NCBI GenBank assembly: GCA_031285625.1 | Contig: JAITVV010000017.1 | Location: 1-64,000 of the forward strand | Direction: 5' to 3' | From: Prevotella sp. | Lineage (GTDB): Bacteria; Bacteroidota; Bacteroidia; Bacteroidales; Dysgonomonadaceae | Length of the DNA: 64,000 nt | Shown here: piece by piece, positions 10,594 through 21,450 of the stretch | Position numbering within the stretch: position 1 is the stretch's first letter | Layout of the letters: every line of letters begins with the position of its first letter | Notes under the pieces: model-generated | What the model was told of the DNA's origin: nothing | Database searches by the model: none | Seen by the model: only the letters and a program-made list of their open reading frames with translations | Made by a program: the position numbers and the translations under genes

Positions 10594-12639
10594 TTAATAT
10601 CCTTGGTTTTGTATCAATAGTGGATTGGCATTTATTTGCCCTCCCGGAATTGCCTCATAAACATATTTTGCCTCCACTGTAAAGCGTGAGCCTCTTTCAT
10701 CATAACGGCAATCGAAGATATATTTTCCTTCATAATAATCTATCGCTTTTACAACTGCTGTTTTTGAGAACAGGAACGGATTAAGTTTTCTCCATCTGCG
10801 GTTATTTACTTCATCACTGACTGTCCTCCAACGACGCATATCCCACCACAATTTATTCTCAAAAGCTAACTCTTTACGTCTTTCTATACGGATGATTTGT
10901 AAACCCCGGTTTGGCGCCAGAACATAGCCCCCAACACCCATTTCAACACCTATTGATGCTCCGTTTGAGAGTTCTGCTGATGATGATAATAAAGTTGCCC
11001 CGGCCCTGTTTCTTATTTTATTTATACATTCATAAGCATCATTACGAAGATCCGTCCCGTCTATTGTGGTTTGTCCATTCTGATAAAGTTCGAGAGCAGC
11101 CTCAGCCCTGTTAAGCAACACTTCTGCATATCGCATATCGACCCAAGGCATTGTAGAAACATGTAGCTTAGTTTCTGCCGGAGCCATGTTCGGATCCAGC
11201 CATTTACGGCCATGAAAACCTGTTACAGTAGCGCTATTTGCACTATTCGGACCATCAAGTCCAACAGGATTCAATTTAGTACCATTAGATAAGACGTACT
11301 GAGTCTGGTTCTTATGGTCTCCTGCTTCTTTCATATTTTCTTTATAGAAAGTATTTGACTGATAAGACGAAGTCAGTCCTTCTTCTACAAACTTTTGAAT
11401 TGGCGTTGCCGGATCCACACTTTCAATCAACAGACCACGACGTAAATCTACATACCCACCCTTGAATGGCTGACCAGGTAATAATACTGTTCCCCTTAGG
11501 CGTGGTTCGCAATTTTCGAACAATTCTTCAATACTATTATATACAATATAAGTTCCATCATCATTTGTTGTTTTCAGCTGCCCTTTATCATTTATGGGCA
11601 GTCCGTCAAACAGTTCCACATAATCTAAAGTAGGGTTGAACCGATCTCCGTAATCTCCTGTCAAATGCGGCGGAGAGTAAACGGCATCGAAACTGTGTAC
11701 TGCATCAGTATATGAATATCCTTTTGAGAAAATGTTTTCAGGGCTACTGGAATCGATAAATAAATCAGCATAGTTATCTGATGTAGATTTTTTATCTGTG
11801 GCAGACCATTTTTTTGAGTAAAGAGAATAAGCATTTTCAAGTAGCTTTGCCGCTTTATAACTCATCTCGAAATATTTATTAGCTTCAGACGCAGGAATTC
11901 CACAAAGCATAATGCCATCTCTTTCATATATCTGATTTACACCATAACGAGCTATAGATCCTGCAAAAAGTGCAAAACGCGATTTATAGGCAGCAGCTAC
12001 ATATTTATTTGCCCGGCCTACATGTTCACTTTTTTCAGAAAGTCCGTTGATTGCATCATCCAGATCTTCGAGAATGTAGTCATATACATCTTTCTCGCTA
12101 CTACGTGGTATTTTTAAAGCATCAATACCGGCTTCCAAATCCTGAACGCCTTCGATGATAGGAACCCCGCCATAACGTTTTACTAATGCAAAATAGGTAT
12201 ATGCACGTATAAATTTTGCCTCTGCAGCCCATTTATCAGTATTGGCCTTACCCAGAACCGATTCATAATTCTGTATTTCCGCTATCAGATAATTGGAATT
12301 ACGTATAACCAGATATCCGTTATACCAATATTCTTTGGCAGGATTTACCCAACCGCCATTATTCCGATTTGCATTTTCTCCGGTATTTAGCATAGGATTA
12401 TTTATACAGTTCCAAGTATTGAATCCATCCTTGGTACCACCACCATCATTTGCACTATATTTGAAATCTTCAATCGGCATCCGGCTATACAGGGCAGCCA
12501 TATAGGTTTGTACTCCTGATGGATTGGCAAATATTTCTCCATCCTGAACTATGTTCTTGGGTGGGATATCTAAATCTACACAACCTGTATAAGTGCCAAT
12601 AAACAGGATTATCGCTATGTAATATTTTATTTTTTTCAT
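10594..12639 (-). CDS. RagB/SusD family glycan-binding lipoprotein
   Basis: Lipobox TGC; EAKFIRAYTYFALVKRYGGVP, RYAEVLLNRAEA, ERRKELAFENKLWWDMRRW, C-terminal QNQGY. Confidence 0.95.
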   Translation of the reverse strand: MKKIKYYIAIILFIGTYTGCVDLDIPPKNIVQDGEIFANPSGVQTYMAALYSRMPIEDFKYSANDGGGTKDGFNTWNCINNPMLNTGENANRNNGGWVNPAKEYWYNGYLVIRNSNYLIAEIQNYESVLGKANTDKWAAEAKFIRAYTYFALVKRYGGVPIIEGVQDLEAGIDALKIPRSSEKDVYDYILEDLDDAINGLSEKSEHVGRANKYVAAAYKSRFALFAGSIARYGVNQIYERDGIMLCGIPASEANKYFEMSYKAAKLLENAYSLYSKKWSATDKKSTSDNYADLFIDSSSPENIFSKGYSYTDAVHSFDAVYSPPHLTGDYGDRFNPTLDYVELFDGLPINDKGQLKTTNDDGTYIVYNSIEELFENCEPRLRGTVLLPGQPFKGGYVDLRRGLLIESVDPATPIQKFVEEGLTSSYQSNTFYKENMKEAGDHKNQTQYVLSNGTKLNPVGLDGPNSANSATVTGFHGRKWLDPNMAPAETKLHVSTMPWVDMRYAEVLLNRAEAALELYQNGQTTIDGTDLRNDAYECINKIRNRAGATLLSSSAELSNGASIGVEMGVGGYVLAPNRGLQIIRIERRKELAFENKLWWDMRRWRTVSDEVNNRRWRKLNPFLFSKTAVVKAIDYYEGKYIFDCRYDERGSRFTVEAKYVYEAIPGGQINANPLLIQNQGY

Positions 12640-12654
12640 GATGTTTATTGTCTG

Positions 12655-15600
12655 TTAGAATGAAACATTAACTCCAAAATTGAATGTTTTATTTAGAGGA
12701 TACATATAGCCATACAATTCTGTCGGATGTTCAGGATCGAGACCTTTCACTCCGGTTATTGTGAACAAATTATAAGCATTCGTATAGATACGCAGGTTTT
12801 GAATACCCACTTTTGAAACGATTTTCTTAGGAAGAGAATATCCCAATTCAATACTTTTGAGACGCAGGTAAGCTCCATCCTGTATTCTAAACCTAGAATT
12901 ATCATCAGCATTAGACCCCGTATAGGCAAAATGTCCTGAAGTCCACTTTGTAGAAGAATCGTAAGGATCGGCCTTAGGATCTACAGGATGCCATCTGTCC
13001 ATAAACATATCCAACGCATTTCCATTCCACGCAAGAGGTTCTCTAAACTGCTCTCCATATGATACATATGACATAGCTGCGCCCTGAAATAGCATATTAA
13101 TATCAAAGCCTTTATAATCAGCCATAATTGTTAAACCGAAGTTCATCAACGGATAATTACGCTTATCCTGGAAGTCGGCTTTACTGGCATCTGTAGTTGT
13201 TGCAATCGGATAGCGGTCCATATCGTCAATCACACCATCACCATTCCAGTCTTCATAAATATAATCACCCGGAAGAGTCTCGCGACCAGTGAATACAGGG
13301 TAATTTGCAATCTGTTCGTAAGACTGGTAACGGCCATTGTCGCCCCAACCGAACCAAATATCATTATACCTGTTATTTTTATTGTCTCTCCAGTTTTTGT
13401 ATGAGTTACCAAATGGAGAGCCTTCTACATATTTGTTTTTTGTTCTTGTTAAAGACATATTTCCGATGAGGCTGTATCCAAAATCGCCGATGCGGTTTTT
13501 ATGACTTAAAGCTAATTCTATACCTTGAGTTTGGTCACTATTTAAGTTTTCCTGAGCCATTGCGGAACCGAATGATCCCGGAAGGCTTACAGCACGATCG
13601 GCTAATAAGCCATCACGATCACGACGGAATACATCGAATGAAACGCCTAATAATCCTTTCCACATATCAAGGTCGAGGCCCAGATTAAGTGTTTTTACAG
13701 TATACCATGTGATATAATAGTTTGGATAAGGCCTGTATTCGATAGCAGGTACAAATTGCCCATCAAAAACATATCCGCCTCCCAATGCCTGACGATCGCC
13801 ATTGTAAGGATAATTATATCCTGGAATAAACTGATATGATGATGCTCCGTCGTCTCCCATCTTACCATAAGATGCCCGTACTTTCAGGTTATCTATAAAA
13901 CTCAAACTGCTATTGCTTTTTATAAATGACTCTTCTGAAACCCTCCAGCCAATGGCTCCTGCAGGGAAGAAGCCCCAACGTCCATCTTTAGGAAATTTAG
14001 ATGAGCCGTCATATCTGAAACTGAACTCAGCCAGATATTTACCCATAAAGTCATAATTAAATTTTCCAACAAGACCTTTATTTGCATTCTCATATATTCC
14101 ATCAATATTGCTGTTTCCCAACTGATCTTTTGATACTCCGGCATATAAATACGGAATAGAAATAGCCAGATTGCGTTGAGCAAAGAAATTATCGCCCGTA
14201 TTGCGGCTTTCTTCATAGAGTAACAATGCTTTGATCTGATGTTTTTGACTGAACAAACGATCGTAATTCAAGGCTGCCTGCCACAGATGTGAGGGTGTAG
14301 AAGCATAATACCTGTATAGCCTTTCAGGATAATTCATCTTGAACGGAGTGTATGCATCATTCGTTCCATCATAAGTATATACATTGTATTCTTTAGTAAA
14401 AGTGGAATTATCATAGAAACGCATATCATAACTAAATAAACCTTTAGCAGATAATCCTTCAACATAGGGAACATTGTATTCCAATTCGAATGAAGACTGT
14501 ATCCACTTGTTATCATTCTTCTTATAACCTGTCACATCTGCAGACGATGCCGCCAGAGGATTGAGATCATTATTTACCTTCATGTAATATGGAGCCGTAT
14601 TATTGGCATACAATGGTTCGTTCGGAATTTGCCTCCAAAGGGTTTTAAATATCTGCCAGGTATCTGTAGACTGGCTTTTTTTACTGTCAATGATACCATT
14701 CAGCTTAACAGACATTTTGAAATCTTTGGATAATTGGGCATCCAGATTTACACGGAGATTATAACGTTCATATTCAAGATCATCCGCTTTAAGAAATCCT
14801 CGCTGATTCGTGTATCCGAAATTGACAAAATATCCCATCTTGTTAGCAACATTACCGCTAGCGCTCACATTGTGCTGATACTGAGGAGCGGTACTCTTCA
14901 GCACTGCATCATACCAATCTGTAGACTGACGGGTTCCATTGTAGTATTCTTCAAAGTCTTTATCAAAGTATATATCTACTGCATCACCATTCAGTCCAGA
15001 ACTTCTTCTGTTACGTTCGTTGAACAGGGTCATGCGATCGACAGCTCCCACCGGTTTCTGTTGCTCTACCGGTTTCTGTATTCCATAGTTGAATGAATAA
15101 TCGATTTTGGTTTTCCCATCAGAACCTTTTTTTGTTGTGATAAGCACAACTCCATTTGCAGCCCTTACTCCATACACAGCAGCAGAAGCGTCTTTCAGTA
15201 TAGAGATACTCTCAATCTCATTCGGGTCGAGGCGGGTAAAGTTATCACGGGGAATACCATCCACTACAACAAGTGGATTTCCAAATCCCCGAATATCGAA
15301 CTGGTTATTGAATTCTCCGGGTTCTGATGTTTTCTGAATAACACGTACTCCCGGCACTTTACCAGTCATCATATTCTGCACATTCTGATTCTTTGTTGCA
15401 ACAAGGTCTTTGTTATCAATGGCAGCAACCGAACCTGTCAAGGTCGCTTTCTTTTGGGTACCATATCCGACAACTACAATTTCTTCCAAAACCTGCAAAT
15501 CTTCCTTCAGAGTTACATTAAGTGTCGTTTTACCCGATATATCCAATATTTGCGGAATAAAACCGATAAAAGAAATTTTCACCTTTTGCGTGTTGGTTGG

Positions 15601-15861
15601 AACATTTAATGTAAAGTCTCCGTTCTCATCTGTTATTGCTCCGATAGTAGAGTTCTCGACGGCAATACTAGCTCCGATAATAGGGTCTTTTTGCTCATCC
15701 GTTATTTTTCCCGAAACAGTTTTGGTATTTTGCGAATATCCATAATTAACAGAACTGATAAAAATCAGTAAAATGGCAAATAGTCGTACATGAATTTTTC
15801 TTTGCCAAAAAGGGATGTATTCCGCCCCTTTTTTTAAATAGTAATTTTTCATAGGCAACAT
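12655..15861 (-). CDS. SusC/RagA family TonB-dependent transporter
   Basis: LEEIVVVGYG, ISILKDASAAVYGVRAANGVVLITTK, FRYDGSSKF, C-terminal FNFGVNVSF. Confidence 0.97.
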   Translation of the reverse strand: MLPMKNYYLKKGAEYIPFWQRKIHVRLFAILLIFISSVNYGYSQNTKTVSGKITDEQKDPIIGASIAVENSTIGAITDENGDFTLNVPTNTQKVKISFIGFIPQILDISGKTTLNVTLKEDLQVLEEIVVVGYGTQKKATLTGSVAAIDNKDLVATKNQNVQNMMTGKVPGVRVIQKTSEPGEFNNQFDIRGFGNPLVVVDGIPRDNFTRLDPNEIESISILKDASAAVYGVRAANGVVLITTKKGSDGKTKIDYSFNYGIQKPVEQQKPVGAVDRMTLFNERNRRSSGLNGDAVDIYFDKDFEEYYNGTRQSTDWYDAVLKSTAPQYQHNVSASGNVANKMGYFVNFGYTNQRGFLKADDLEYERYNLRVNLDAQLSKDFKMSVKLNGIIDSKKSQSTDTWQIFKTLWRQIPNEPLYANNTAPYYMKVNNDLNPLAASSADVTGYKKNDNKWIQSSFELEYNVPYVEGLSAKGLFSYDMRFYDNSTFTKEYNVYTYDGTNDAYTPFKMNYPERLYRYYASTPSHLWQAALNYDRLFSQKHQIKALLLYEESRNTGDNFFAQRNLAISIPYLYAGVSKDQLGNSNIDGIYENANKGLVGKFNYDFMGKYLAEFSFRYDGSSKFPKDGRWGFFPAGAIGWRVSEESFIKSNSSLSFIDNLKVRASYGKMGDDGASSYQFIPGYNYPYNGDRQALGGGYVFDGQFVPAIEYRPYPNYYITWYTVKTLNLGLDLDMWKGLLGVSFDVFRRDRDGLLADRAVSLPGSFGSAMAQENLNSDQTQGIELALSHKNRIGDFGYSLIGNMSLTRTKNKYVEGSPFGNSYKNWRDNKNNRYNDIWFGWGDNGRYQSYEQIANYPVFTGRETLPGDYIYEDWNGDGVIDDMDRYPIATTTDASKADFQDKRNYPLMNFGLTIMADYKGFDINMLFQGAAMSYVSYGEQFREPLAWNGNALDMFMDRWHPVDPKADPYDSSTKWTSGHFAYTGSNADDNSRFRIQDGAYLRLKSIELGYSLPKKIVSKVGIQNLRIYTNAYNLFTITGVKGLDPEHPTELYGYMYPLNKTFNFGVNVSF

Positions 15862-16111
15862 TTAAAGATTAATTAATAAAATTGATTACGGAATTGCAAA
15901 AATGCCTCAACAGGCTTAATAAGCCGGTTAATGATTCAGTTAACAGATATATATTTTTCTGTTTTTTATTATTTTACATGTCTATTTCAGGCAATACGGT
16001 TTTAAATGAGCTTTCAGCAGATCATTCTTTATATGAGTTCAGAAAGCAGAAAAGCGGAAACAAAAAAAGTCTTTATCAAAAGACCTTCTTGTTAATTTAT
16101 TGAAGAATGTA

Positions 16112-18709
16112 TTAATTATTTTCGTTTAATACCTGATCAAAAGTATATTCAAAATCCGACCCGAATAAAACATTATACTCTTTAACAAATGAAGCATATG
16201 CTTTTTGAGCTAATCCATTCCGGCCCATCCTTACCAGAACTGAACATTTTAATCGTAAGGCATCTTCGTTTAGTGAATCATGAATAAATATAGCATCAGC
16301 CAGATCTATACATATTTGTGTATTCACTCTTATTTCTGGTTTGGCGGATAAATCCAATAACAGATCGACTAATGTGTTTGAAAACTCGGATTTGAATGGG
16401 TCTATCCATTCCACTTGCAGATTTGGTAGTAATTCACCGACTGAAACTATTGCCAATAGTCTCTTCAAGTCGTCAATATTTATCTCACCACTTCTCGATA
16501 GTTTATTGATGAGGAAAAGCGCTTGTGAATAATCACAATACACTTCTTCTCCGTATTCAACAGTCCAGTACGAGTTATTACTCTTTATATTTATTTGCCC
16601 AACCTGATCGAATATCAGCCTAAGCTTACTTAATGACACCCCTCTGTTATTTTTGGCACTCTCTTCCGTTTTATCAAACCATAATATTTCTTTCAATTTA
16701 ACAGATGATATTCCTTTTCCTCCTTTAAAAGTATATAATAGTATGAGTACAAACAGTTGTTTAAGCATTGGGGTAAATTCCTTTGTAACATCATTGCCCT
16801 TCTTGTCTATCACACAAAAACCACCAAAGAGGCAAACAGACTGGCTTATCAATTCCCTACTTATTGGTTTAGAAACGATCTCTTCCGTTGAAGATAATTG
16901 ATTAACATCATTTTTAGTATGTATTTGCTTCTTTCTGGTAAGGATCAGTATCAGGATAAATATGAGACATATAATAGCTAAGATTATAAACAGATTATAT
17001 GATCTTACATTACTTTTCTGATATAGATTTCCTTTAGCTAAAGGGGGAAAGGATAATGTATAAACAGCTATTGTATTTAATGTATCGCCAATATTGCTAT
17101 ATCCTGATGTTAAGGCAACCAGTTGCTGCTTTTCTTTATCCAGATATAGGTCTATATAAGATTTATTGTCTTCAAAATTAATCGGGATACTATCAGCCAA
17201 GACTTCATACTCAGGTTTGTCGATTGAAAATCTCAAGAGTGTAAGTTTAGTATGAAACTGCTGCAACGGATAACTCAATGCATAGAACGAATTAGATGCA
17301 GTGTCTACTATAATTGAATTGGAAACAATAAAATTTTCTGCCGGAGATGGTAATGTCCATAACTTTTGAGATTCTAATGTCTGCATATTCACTTTATACA
17401 AGTCATAGAAATATTGAGGTGACAATTCCTGATTTCCGGTTTGGCTACCATATCCTCCAAAAATCAAAAAATGTCCATCATCTAATTTGCCAAGACCTCC
17501 TAAATAACGAGGTTCCGGATTATCTCCATTCAAGTGTGTTTTTCTCCATTCTTGGGTTTTAAAATTATATATTTGTATATCATTCTTGTATTTATGATGC
17601 CCATAACCTCCAAACAGATAAAGAGAACTATCCATGTCGGATATCAAATGATTATGATGCCAGTAATCGGGAGGAACCTTCGTTTCCGATATCATACTCC
17701 ATTCATTCCTTAATGTGTCGTATAGCAAAACATCTTTTCCTTCTTCTAGTTCGAATGTGTAATTAATATATGTTTTTATATATGGATTATATATCAAATT
17801 ATTTGATTGAACGGCATAAGGTACACCAGTCTTAACTTTTATTTTAGTAAGCGTATTATCATTCAGTTTATATTTAAAAAAATGTTCCTGATCATAAATT
17901 GCAACTTCATTGTTGTCACAATTATAATTTATTATGGGTCTCAGTTTTGTAGTGAATGATGTTCGTTTTTGCCAGAATGCATGCTGGTTAATAATCCAAT
18001 TTGGATTTTCACATATAGCAAGATGGTGTTTAATTTCATCATACACTCCATTAGATGTGTATTTATTTAATGGCCATCGATATAATATTTTTTTTTCTGC
18101 ATCCGAAATATCTATATTTCTTAAAGACATGGCAGGTATATCAGTAACCTGAAATTCGGGATAGTTACTTTTGCCAAATACAACATTAATTTGCCGGAAA
18201 TTATTCAATGCATCTATTTGCTTAGTATATGACTTAGTTCCTATCCGAGCAGAAAGAGTATTAATTTTAGTATTTATATTGATATCGATACGCACCCATT
18301 TACCGTAGCTTATCCCTACATCTTTAAATAAATCGCTAAAAATTTCATCAGAAGAATGAGCTAGTAAGAATTTCGGTTCTCCTGTATTCTTCTTCTCATT
18401 CAACAGAAAATCGATATGTTTTCCATTCTCATTGATAATACGGAATACATATCCAAATGGGTACATAACCACAGAGTCTACCTTAAGATCAAACGAGAAA
18501 TTGTATATTTCGGGAAGCGATAAGATCTTAGAAGGTGTAAGATTAAGGCTCGTACGTTTCTCTTTCTCTACCTCATATGATTTAAATTGTAGTCCGTATT
18601 CAGTTTGTTGTGCTATTGCATAAGTATTGTAAGATAATATTATATATAAAAAAAGTACATACGATAAACAATATCTCATAATATTCATTAAGGGAAAATA
18701 CTTGGTCAA
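16112..18709 (-). CDS. Membrane-spanning PUL regulator (periplasmic LamG/Kelch sensor, TM helix, cytoplasmic winged-helix/BTAD SARP-like output)
   Basis: Kelch repeats LYLFGGYG and FLIFGGYG; TM LFIILAIICLIFILILIL; C-terminal CLFGGF...NNRGVSLSKLR...DSLNEDAL; true start probably slightly downstream. Confidence 0.75.
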   Translation of the reverse strand: MTKYFPLMNIMRYCLSYVLFLYIILSYNTYAIAQQTEYGLQFKSYEVEKEKRTSLNLTPSKILSLPEIYNFSFDLKVDSVVMYPFGYVFRIINENGKHIDFLLNEKKNTGEPKFLLAHSSDEIFSDLFKDVGISYGKWVRIDININTKINTLSARIGTKSYTKQIDALNNFRQINVVFGKSNYPEFQVTDIPAMSLRNIDISDAEKKILYRWPLNKYTSNGVYDEIKHHLAICENPNWIINQHAFWQKRTSFTTKLRPIINYNCDNNEVAIYDQEHFFKYKLNDNTLTKIKVKTGVPYAVQSNNLIYNPYIKTYINYTFELEEGKDVLLYDTLRNEWSMISETKVPPDYWHHNHLISDMDSSLYLFGGYGHHKYKNDIQIYNFKTQEWRKTHLNGDNPEPRYLGGLGKLDDGHFLIFGGYGSQTGNQELSPQYFYDLYKVNMQTLESQKLWTLPSPAENFIVSNSIIVDTASNSFYALSYPLQQFHTKLTLLRFSIDKPEYEVLADSIPINFEDNKSYIDLYLDKEKQQLVALTSGYSNIGDTLNTIAVYTLSFPPLAKGNLYQKSNVRSYNLFIILAIICLIFILILILTRKKQIHTKNDVNQLSSTEEIVSKPISRELISQSVCLFGGFCVIDKKGNDVTKEFTPMLKQLFVLILLYTFKGGKGISSVKLKEILWFDKTEESAKNNRGVSLSKLRLIFDQVGQINIKSNNSYWTVEYGEEVYCDYSQALFLINKLSRSGEINIDDLKRLLAIVSVGELLPNLQVEWIDPFKSEFSNTLVDLLLDLSAKPEIRVNTQICIDLADAIFIHDSLNEDALRLKCSVLVRMGRNGLAQKAYASFVKEYNVLFGSDFEYTFDQVLNENN

Positions 18710-18917
18710 ACAAAGTTATAATCATTAGCCTAACATCCAAAATGTTTTTCTTAACATCAAAAGTAGATAAAATAATAATATCTTTTCTACAGATATTGCA
18801 AAACAAGGATTCTCATCCAAAATATATCTCCGGATTTTATGGTCTAATGATTTAACTTGTAATATTCTGCCCCAACAAGAACATGTAAGAATATTGAAAG
18901 AATAATATAAACATTAA

Positions 18918-19361
18918 TTATGATGTAGTGGGCTGTTTTTTCTTATACCTTATTATGTTTATTACCAGCATATAAGCTGCATGAGGCAGCATAATAAGTG
19001 TCATACCCGAATTAGGCATCATATAACTACCCACCAGAACGAATAGAAAATATGGTACAGTGAATGACAATGGTAAAATTCCACCTTTTCGTTCGATAGA
19101 GTGCACTAATAAGCCTAAAGGTATTAAAAACAAACCAAAATAGAAAAACCAGAAAATCGCTAGTATCTCAACGTCTGCAAAACTACTTTTTGTTTCATCT
19201 ATTGGTAATAGTTCTGCTCCTGAACTAACTTTATAAAAGTTTGTCTCAGCCATTTTTGAAAATTGCTTACCGCCGCCATTAGGCTCTATTGCTAAACTGG
19301 TGTGTAATACAGCAATTATTATCAACAGTATACCATTAGTGATTATATTGAATATTTTCAT
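18918..19361 (-). CDS. Small multi-pass membrane protein (DUF6463-like)
   Basis: 147 aa, 3-4 hydrophobic segments, NGILLIIIAVLHT and FWFFYFGLFLIPLG. Confidence 0.6.
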   Translation of the reverse strand: MKIFNIITNGILLIIIAVLHTSLAIEPNGGGKQFSKMAETNFYKVSSGAELLPIDETKSSFADVEILAIFWFFYFGLFLIPLGLLVHSIERKGGILPLSFTVPYFLFVLVGSYMMPNSGMTLIMLPHAAYMLVINIIRYKKKQPTTS

Positions 19362-19363
19362 TA

Positions 19364-19564
19364 TTAAAAACTTAAAGTGAAAAATAACTCATTATTGTTA
19401 TCAGAGCAGATTATCTTATTCTCTTTTAATAACCAGCCCACAACAAAACATATATATGCTTCCTGGTAATCAGTCAATTGCTGAAGTTCTTTGATTGTCA
19501 GGTTTTTCTCTACCAGCAATTGACAGATCAGCTTTGTATCCTCTTCTATTATTTTCTTTAGCAT
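19364..19564 (-). CDS. Small winged-helix protein (DUF2582-like)
   Basis: 66 aa with VGWLLKENKI motif typical of this Bacteroidota family; 2 bp from the next gene. Confidence 0.7.
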   Translation of the reverse strand: MLKKIIEEDTKLICQLLVEKNLTIKELQQLTDYQEAYICFVVGWLLKENKIICSDNNNELFFTLSF

Positions 19565-19654
19565 ATTCCCTGATGTGTCTTTTTAAATTAGCAAGCACAT
19601 AATGGCAATTGACAAATACTTCTCTATTAAAATGAGTTTTGTTTTCACCCATTT

Positions 19655-20371
19655 TTATTTAAAAGTTTTATTATTCGTAAAATCCATAAAAAATTCTTCC
19701 CTATAGGTATTTCCAATAGCAATCTCATATGTCTTGATGAAAACATCATTATTATCAAAAGAATCAATGTGTTTTTTGTTTACTATATATGATTTGTTAA
19801 TACGAAAGAACGTATTTACCGTTAATAATTCTGATATAGTTTTCAGAGTCATACGTGTAATAATACGTTGACTCTCCATTTGAATTATAACATAATCTTT
19901 TAGTCCCTCAATAAAAAGAATATCTTCCAGATTAACCTTAAAGTATTTTCGGTCTGACTTAATAAATATATAATCATCTTCGACACTATCCACTCCTTTC
20001 TTTTCTTCATTTATTAAGAGCGAATGATAAACAATTGCTTTATTTACAGCCTTCCGGAATTTTACAGGATCGATAGGTTTTACCAGATAATCAATTGCAT
20101 CTACTTCATAACTATCTAAAGCGTATTGAGAATATGCTGTCGTGAAAATAATCAGAGTTTGTTTAGGAATAGTATGTGCAAATTCTATTCCATTAATTCC
20201 CGGCATATTGATATCCAAAAATATAAGATCAACAGTAACATCATTGATAAAAACGGATGCATCCTCGGCATTATTGAAACTTTTCAACAAGGCTAACTGT
20301 GGTATTTCTTCCACTAATAATTTTATACCTTCACGGGCAATAGGTTCATCATCAACTATAATACACCTCAT
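19655..20371 (-). CDS. LytTR family response regulator (module A)
   Basis: Receiver IVDDE, FLDINMP, DYLVKP; LytTR domain FFRINKSYIVN; ATGA overlap with the kinase. Confidence 0.95.
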   Translation of the reverse strand: MRCIIVDDEPIAREGIKLLVEEIPQLALLKSFNNAEDASVFINDVTVDLIFLDINMPGINGIEFAHTIPKQTLIIFTTAYSQYALDSYEVDAIDYLVKPIDPVKFRKAVNKAIVYHSLLINEEKKGVDSVEDDYIFIKSDRKYFKVNLEDILFIEGLKDYVIIQMESQRIITRMTLKTISELLTVNTFFRINKSYIVNKKHIDSFDNNDVFIKTYEIAIGNTYREEFFMDFTNNKTFK

Positions 20372-21447
20372 AATTTCAGTTTTAAATTTACGGTATAAGT
20401 AATATTTGTCTTTGTTTGCTCAAGAAAATAATTTCCATCGTATAACAAATCCAATCGCCGCTTAATGTTATTAAGCCCAATTCCTCCAACTTGTTTCGTG
20501 TGGGAGATTTTCTGCGGGATGGAATTTACACATGTAAAAATTAATGTATCCTCTATTATTTTAAATAATATATGAACATATGAAGCTGACCGGCTATCCT
20601 GATTATGTTTAACAGCATTTTCTACAAATGTGATAAACAGTAAGGGAGCAATCTGTATATTATCCAAGTCTCCGTCTTTAGACACAGTATAATTGAAATA
20701 GTCTCTTCGGATTTTCTCGAGTTCCAGATAATCGCTCAGAAATAATACCTCATCATTCAAAAACACTTTATTCTGTACACTTTCATTCACCAGATAATCA
20801 AGCATTTCTTCGAGTTTTCCAATAATATGTATTGCTACATCAGGATCTTTTTTTATCATGATATTAGCATTGTTGAGCATATTGAAAAGGAAATGAGGAT
20901 TGATCTGATTCTCTAAAAGTTTTAATTCCATCTGTAATGTCGTCGATTTTAGTTCTTCGGATTGTTGCACATCCAAAATCCAATGCTTAAAAACAACCAT
21001 TGTAGAGGTTCCTGCAAAGATCAGAAAAAACACCTGACTGCCCGATATCAAATTGATTATTCCTGTCAGATAATGAATGTTCCCATAATATTTATCCTCT
21101 TCAATCTCATCAACATAAAATGTAAAATTCTGAAATAGTAAAATTGAAATTAACATAAGGACAACCAACCCTGATAAAGCACAAAAATAAAATCCCCATT
21201 TATTTTTTAAGAGAAATTTTGGAGTCAATATATAGATATTAAAATAGCTCGTAACCAAGAATAAAAAAACATAGAAAAACATTCCGCCATATTTCAGAAG
21301 GGGGCTTACCGAAGCAGCCAAATCCGGTTCGTAATTGACAAAACTAGCAGAAATGGAAAGGATAAACACGAATAAGATAAAATGCCGGAATATTCTCCAT
21401 TGGGAGGACATCAAAAGTCTGATAACTATATTATTACTGGACTTCAT
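20368..21447 (-). CDS. LytS/YehU-type sensor histidine kinase (canonical, module A)
   Basis: 4 TM; H-box QINPHFLFNMLNN; N-box FVENAVKH; G-box GGIGLNNIKRRL. Confidence 0.93.
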   Translation of the reverse strand: MKSSNNIVIRLLMSSQWRIFRHFILFVFILSISASFVNYEPDLAASVSPLLKYGGMFFYVFLFLVTSYFNIYILTPKFLLKNKWGFYFCALSGLVVLMLISILLFQNFTFYVDEIEEDKYYGNIHYLTGIINLISGSQVFFLIFAGTSTMVVFKHWILDVQQSEELKSTTLQMELKLLENQINPHFLFNMLNNANIMIKKDPDVAIHIIGKLEEMLDYLVNESVQNKVFLNDEVLFLSDYLELEKIRRDYFNYTVSKDGDLDNIQIAPLLFITFVENAVKHNQDSRSASYVHILFKIIEDTLIFTCVNSIPQKISHTKQVGGIGLNNIKRRLDLLYDGNYFLEQTKTNITYTVNLKLKL

Positions 21448-21450
21448 ATT

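Noticed and set aside
246-18623. Many short plus-strand and alternative-frame ORFs overlapping A2M, GH2, SusD, SusC and the regulator
   Set aside because: Shadow ORFs of long, well-supported genes, with no motifs
19470-19652. 60-aa ORF between LytTR and the wHTH gene
   Set aside because: Overlaps the better-supported wHTH gene in another frame; no recognisable family
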